64,000 nt of DNA, from the NCBI GenBank assembly GCA_963791045.1, contig CAWBQK010000015.1, forward strand, positions 229,390 through 293,389, read 5' to 3'. Below are positions 59,669 through 64,000 of this stretch, one piece after another. The DNA comes from Candidatus Latescibacterota bacterium (GTDB taxonomy: Bacteria > Krumholzibacteriota > Krumholzibacteriia > WVZY01). The notes beneath the pieces were generated by a model. The model ran no database searches and was not told where the DNA came from. It saw nothing but the letters and a program-made list of their open reading frames with translations. The position numbers were made by a program, and so were the translations under genes. How positions within the stretch are numbered: position 1 is the stretch's first letter; each line of letters starts with the position of its first letter.

Positions 59669-59952
59669 TTGGTTTCACCTTCCCGTGGATGACCGGTCGT
59701 TGGAAAAATCCATTTCGCGGTAAAAAAATTATCGGACCCAGCAAACGCGGAACCGGGCCCGCTTCAGCTCAATCCAAAAAAGAATCGGAATACAGGGGCA
59801 ACCCCCTATGAACCTTACTCTTAAATATACCCCAGGAACTCAATTAGTTCCAGGGTTTTTGGCTCTTCTCGCACAAAGATAAGCGCATGGTCCGCCCTAC
59901 GCAACTGCTCTATACACCCTTCTCGGGCTTCCGGGGGAAATAGGGTAGGCTG

Positions 59953-59982
59953 TTGCCAAGAAAACCGTGATCCCGCTATAAT
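59953..59982 (+). promoter_or_regulatory. Putative sigma70 promoter of moeB
   Basis: TTGCCA-18 bp-TATAAT. Confidence 0.5.
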
Positions 59983-60063
59983 GCCCATAATAATTTTTTT
60001 GGGATAAGTGCAACGACGGCAAAGACAAAAGCCCCCGGCAGCGCCGGATTTGGGGAGTGGACG

Positions 60064-61206
60064 ATGGATTTGACACGTGATGAAATGCGCCGCTACAGCC
60101 GGCATCTGGCAATGTCCGAGATCTCGATCGAGGGTCAGTCGAAACTGAAAGGCTCGGGTGTCCTTCTTATCGGCGTCGGCGGACTGGGGTCGCCGGCAGG
60201 GCTTTACCTGGCCGCCGCGGGGGTCGGAAGGCTCGGACTCGTTGATTTTGATGCCGTTTCGGAGTCCAACCTCCAACGGCAAATCCTCTATTCAACGGAT
60301 GACGTCGGCCGGCCAAAGCTCGAAGCGGCGCGAGACCGCCTGGCCGCGCTCAACCCGGGGATCACCATCGAAACCCACGCCACGAGGCTTTCGAGCAAGA
60401 ACGCACTCGCCCTTTTCGCGGACTATGACGTCATCGTGGACGGAACGGACAATTTTGCCACGCGGTACCTTGTTAATGATGCATGCGTGTTGACGGGAAA
60501 GCCCGATGTATACGGCAGCGTGCTCCGCTTTTCGGGGCAGGCCAGTGTTTTCGGTCTGAACGACGGACCGTGCTACCGATGTCTCTATCCCGAACCACCT
60601 CCGCCGGGACTCGTTCCAAACTGTGACGAAGCGGGCGTGCTCGGTGTTCTTCCGGGAATCATCGGCTCGATACAAGCGGCCGAAGCGATCAAGTTGATCA
60701 CTGGGGCCGGAGTTCCGCTCGGGGGCAGGCTCCTGCTTTTCGACGGTCTCAAAATGACCACCCGCGAGATCGAGATCCCCAAAGATCCGGATTGTCCCGT
60801 TTGCGGTCCTGATCGAACCATCGACCGCCTCATCGATTACGACGCTTTTTGCGGCATGCAAGATAACGACGCCCGCGCATCGGCCATCGCGATCCCCGAA
60901 ATCACTCCCACTGAACTAAAAACCCGCCTCGATAACGACAATGATGTCTTCTTACTCGACGTTCGCGAGCGCTTTGAGTATCAGATCTGCAATATCGCCG
61001 GCCACCTGATCCCGCTCGCCGAAATAGCCGCGCGAATGAACGAGCTCGACCCGGGAAAGGACACGATCGTCTACTGCCGGTCCGGGGTGCGGTCGGCGAT
61101 GGTTGTTGGAATACTGCGGCGACTGGGGTTCGAAAGGGTTTGGAACCTGCGGGGCGGAATACTCGCATGGGCCGACGACGTCGACCCGTCTATCCAAAAG
61201 TATTGA
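60064..61206 (+). CDS. moeB: Molybdopterin-synthase adenylyltransferase MoeB with a C-terminal rhodanese (MoeZ/MoeBR type)
   Basis: RYSRH, GVGGLGSP, SNLQRQ, DGTDNF, PCYRCLYP, CPVC, DVRE, YCRSGVRS, NLRGGILAW. Confidence 0.93.
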   Translation: MDLTRDEMRRYSRHLAMSEISIEGQSKLKGSGVLLIGVGGLGSPAGLYLAAAGVGRLGLVDFDAVSESNLQRQILYSTDDVGRPKLEAARDRLAALNPGITIETHATRLSSKNALALFADYDVIVDGTDNFATRYLVNDACVLTGKPDVYGSVLRFSGQASVFGLNDGPCYRCLYPEPPPPGLVPNCDEAGVLGVLPGIIGSIQAAEAIKLITGAGVPLGGRLLLFDGLKMTTREIEIPKDPDCPVCGPDRTIDRLIDYDAFCGMQDNDARASAIAIPEITPTELKTRLDNDNDVFLLDVRERFEYQICNIAGHLIPLAEIAARMNELDPGKDTIVYCRSGVRSAMVVGILRRLGFERVWNLRGGILAWADDVDPSIQKY

Positions 61207-61219
61207 GCGGGGAGTTCGA

Positions 61220-62776
61220 TTATTCCGAAGCAAACAAGTTGATCTTTTCGCGCTCGATTTCTTCGTCGTACAACGCGCGGACGATCGAACGACGGTACCC
61301 GTTGGGGCCGTTGCCCGTTTCCGAGATATCGACCGGGTCGGACTCGGCATCGAACGTTCCGTCGGCACCCCGAAGAATAGCCAGTGGCCGGTGGATGAAC
61401 CGCGCCGTGCCGTTTTGCTTGACCACAATGCCGCGTTCGCCGGTGTCGAACTCGACGACGGAACCAATCGGGTACATCCCCATGGCCTGAATAAACACCT
61501 TTGCGATGAACGGATCGAATATCGTCCCGCTCTTCTGGAGAATAAAACGAAGCGCCCTGTCCGGGGTCAAAGGGTTCTTCTTGTAAACCCGCGGAGTCGT
61601 CATCGCGTCAAAGTAGTCCGCAACGGACACAATGCGGGTAAAGAGGCGGACGTTCCACCCACCGGGTTTTTGCGGGTACCCGTTACCATCGAAATGAATG
61701 TGGTGCTGAAGACTTGCGAACAAGCCATCGGCGACTTCACGAAGCGACTTCACACGCGAGAGTTCTTTGACGCCAAAGAACGTGTGATATTTCATCAACT
61801 CCCATTCTTTGTCATCCAGCTTGCCGGGTTTGTTGAGAATGGTCTGCGGAACGTAGGTCTTGCCAATATCGTGCATCAGGGCGGCGACGCCGAGCCGGGC
61901 GATGTCGCTCTTGAACAATTTGAGACGATCGCCAATCAGCATCGACAACACACAGACGTTCACGGAGTGCGCGAATGTATAGGCGTCGAAGTTCTTGATG
62001 CTCGTTAACCCAAGAAGAATAGACTCGTCGGCCTGCACGATATCGACCATCTGCTGTGTGAGTCGTTCGGCTTTTCGGACTTTGAGAACGCGTTTTTGTT
62101 CGATTCCGCGAAGTACCTCTCCCATGAGAAGCACTGTGCGAAAAAACACCTGAGTGCTCTCCTGCCGGACGTTCTTGTCTTTGTTGGAATGGTCTGTCAA
62201 TTGCCGTTCGCGTTCCACCCACTGGGTCATGCGAATTCCGGTTATACCTCTGGATGAAAGAACGGATTCGAGCTGATTGAAGACATCCTCATCCGGAACG
62301 TCCCCGAAAAATACCTTGAGAAACTGCCCGACCTCGACAGGCGTCACGTCGGGGTTGAAATCGATCGCCTCCACTTCGCGGTCTCTCAACGCCTCGAGCA
62401 TGTACATCATCGGCCCGAAATTCTGGGAATCCATATTGAGCCGCGTATCATTGATAAAAAGATAGTCGGCGGTGGCGCCGAGGGTGACCTCTCCCTCCGA
62501 GGCGAACAACCGAGCCAGCGGCTCCATCAGGTCGGACAGAACCCTCTGCGTGGCGCGATTCTGGAGATCATGAACCTGAACCGTCTTGCTCGCGCTGAAT
62601 AGATAGTGAACGAATAATGGACCGGCCTCGTTGATCACGTTGTCCGCAAGGTTCTGTCCCACCCCCGTCCCATCGAGCTTTTCCCCACCCTGTGGTCCAT
62701 CGAAATCCTCCCCGTCCGCCGTCAACCATTCGGGCGATCGGGTCCTGGTGCCAAAGGGTTGTCTTTCGTCGGTCAT
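61220..62776 (-). CDS. HD-GYP domain protein (putative c-di-GMP phosphodiesterase)
   Basis: HSVNV, MHDIGK, HHIHFDGNGYP, VADYFDAMT, FDP, GMYPIGS. Confidence 0.9.
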   Translation of the reverse strand: MTDERQPFGTRTRSPEWLTADGEDFDGPQGGEKLDGTGVGQNLADNVINEAGPLFVHYLFSASKTVQVHDLQNRATQRVLSDLMEPLARLFASEGEVTLGATADYLFINDTRLNMDSQNFGPMMYMLEALRDREVEAIDFNPDVTPVEVGQFLKVFFGDVPDEDVFNQLESVLSSRGITGIRMTQWVERERQLTDHSNKDKNVRQESTQVFFRTVLLMGEVLRGIEQKRVLKVRKAERLTQQMVDIVQADESILLGLTSIKNFDAYTFAHSVNVCVLSMLIGDRLKLFKSDIARLGVAALMHDIGKTYVPQTILNKPGKLDDKEWELMKYHTFFGVKELSRVKSLREVADGLFASLQHHIHFDGNGYPQKPGGWNVRLFTRIVSVADYFDAMTTPRVYKKNPLTPDRALRFILQKSGTIFDPFIAKVFIQAMGMYPIGSVVEFDTGERGIVVKQNGTARFIHRPLAILRGADGTFDAESDPVDISETGNGPNGYRRSIVRALYDEEIEREKINLFASE

Positions 62777-62791
62777 TTCGTCTCACTCTTT

Positions 62792-64000
62792 CTATTCTTG
62801 CGGAAGTTCCGACGCGGCCTGGGCGGGTTTAAGTTTGTCCAGAACCGCGGCCGCCCTCGTGCGGACGGACTCATCGGAATCCCGTGTCAATTCCTCGAGA
62901 AAATCTTTTGATTCAGGCTCATGTATAAACTCAAGGGCGCCGATCGCCAGCAACCTGTTCTCGGTCGCCTGACGTTTCCCGAAACCGAACATGTTTCGCT
63001 TTCCTGTTGTCTGCCTGAGTCTTGATATGGCGTCGACGCCGGCCGCGCGGCCGTATGCCCTGAAAATTTCGAGCTGCTCGTCGTCGTCCCGCTGACCCAG
63101 ATCCTTGTTGAATGCTTTTTCTTCGATTGTTTCTCTGACCAGTGGCGCGCTCACGCCGGAAATCGCGGCGAGTGTCTTGAGTCTGACGTTCTTGTCCGGG
63201 TCGTCGAGCAAAGTCATAAGGAGAGTCAGCGCTTCAGCGTTGGCGAATCCCGCGAGAAATTGAATCGCCTCGTGACGCACGAGGTCGTCGGGATAGTAGA
63301 TCATCTCTTTAACAACGTTCGGGATTTCCCTCGGCTTGACCGTCTTGACCATCGCAATAACATCGCGTGCGATCTGGGGTTTATCGATGTTGAGTTTGTT
63401 TATTACGTCGGGAAGATCCTCGCCGGCAATTCTGATCATCGTGTCACGCCCGACCTTGTGGATTCTCTGGTCCGCCTGTTCTTCAACCAGCTTGCATATC
63501 GTCGGTATCGATTTCTTTCCCACCAGCTCGAAATAGGCAAACGCGGCAACTGCCTCTTCAGGGGAACTCCCCGCGGCTTCGCCCAGTGACAGCATAATTG
63601 ACGGTTCGGTCAGTTTTCTTTCGATAACCCTGAAGGTTTTGGCCACATTGTCGGGCAGGCGGTTCTTCGCAACAAAGCTTTTGACACCGTCAAGCAATTC
63701 AGCCAGAGCGACACCGTTGAGCTCCATAATGAGAAAATCGACGAGGCACTCGATGATATTGAGTACGTCCCTGACCGCCGAAGGATTGTCCTTCATCAAG
63801 GTGAAGTCCATATACTCAGTCACGAATTCGACGACGTTATCTTTGTTTTTCGATTCGTAAACATCTTCCTGGAACAATCGAAGTTCATCGCTGCTGACGG
63901 TAAAGAGGGACGACATCATGTCCTGGAAGTGCTTTTCTTTTTCGATCGCATTCATCGCGCCCATACCGCGCCCGACGAGTGTATTGAGATAATTGTCGAG
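62792..64000 (-). CDS. HEAT-repeat protein (5' end outside the window)
   Basis: Repeats DDLVRHEAIQFL, DKNVRLKTLAAI, DESVRTRAAAVL; frame open to the window edge. Confidence 0.8.
   Translation of the reverse strand, partial: LDNYLNTLVGRGMGAMNAIEKEKHFQDMMSSLFTVSSDELRLFQEDVYESKNKDNVVEFVTEYMDFTLMKDNPSAVRDVLNIIECLVDFLIMELNGVALAELLDGVKSFVAKNRLPDNVAKTFRVIERKLTEPSIMLSLGEAAGSSPEEAVAAFAYFELVGKKSIPTICKLVEEQADQRIHKVGRDTMIRIAGEDLPDVINKLNIDKPQIARDVIAMVKTVKPREIPNVVKEMIYYPDDLVRHEAIQFLAGFANAEALTLLMTLLDDPDKNVRLKTLAAISGVSAPLVRETIEEKAFNKDLGQRDDDEQLEIFRAYGRAAGVDAISRLRQTTGKRNMFGFGKRQATENRLLAIGALEFIHEPESKDFLEELTRDSDESVRTRAAAVLDKLKPAQAASELPQE

Noticed and set aside
59669-60063. Possible Moco or c-di-GMP riboswitch upstream of moeB
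   Set aside because: I could not match the conserved aptamer elements by eye; an Rfam/Infernal scan would be decisive
1-64000. rRNA, tRNA, CRISPR arrays, transposases, prophage genes
   Set aside because: None recognised; intergenic gaps are short and show no spaced direct repeats

Overview
64 kb of bacterial chromosome, GC-rich in coding regions. The FlgD-type C-terminal domain and the C-terminal 'TWGxxKALY' motif suggest a Krumholzibacteriota/Latescibacterota-like FCB-group organism (inference). Contents in order: ispH; a sigma54-driven membrane GAF protein; a complex I operon nuoA-H,J-N with no nuoI and with indel-broken nuoL/nuoM; a DUF2064 glycosyltransferase, an SPL-like radical SAM enzyme and a histidine phosphatase; a 12 kb respiratory island with 66 heme-binding motifs (an ImcH-like NapC protein, two 19-heme cytochrome c/b fusions, a Rieske/cytochrome b pair with 9-heme and 4-heme partners, and an 8-heme lipoprotein); a TWGxxKALY secreted protein behind an ECF-type promoter next to an ECF sigma with a fused Cys-rich tail; an APC-USP permease; a 15 kb envelope signalling/proteolysis locus (FecR/DUF928-like TPR protein, membrane Ser/Thr kinase-TPR, zf-HC2 anti-sigma-TPR, a 2501-aa matrixin surface protein, a small secreted partner, an exported TPR-CHAT protease); then an O-methyltransferase, DsbD, an FAH hydrolase, a GT4, TlpA, a DUF1573 gene split by an in-frame TGA at a U-G-C motif (probable selenoprotein), moeB, an HD-GYP protein and a HEAT-repeat protein. 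Three Rex/CRP-like palindromes sit at respiratory promoters. Several single-base indels look like sequencing errors. I recognised no rRNA, tRNA, CRISPR array or transposase.
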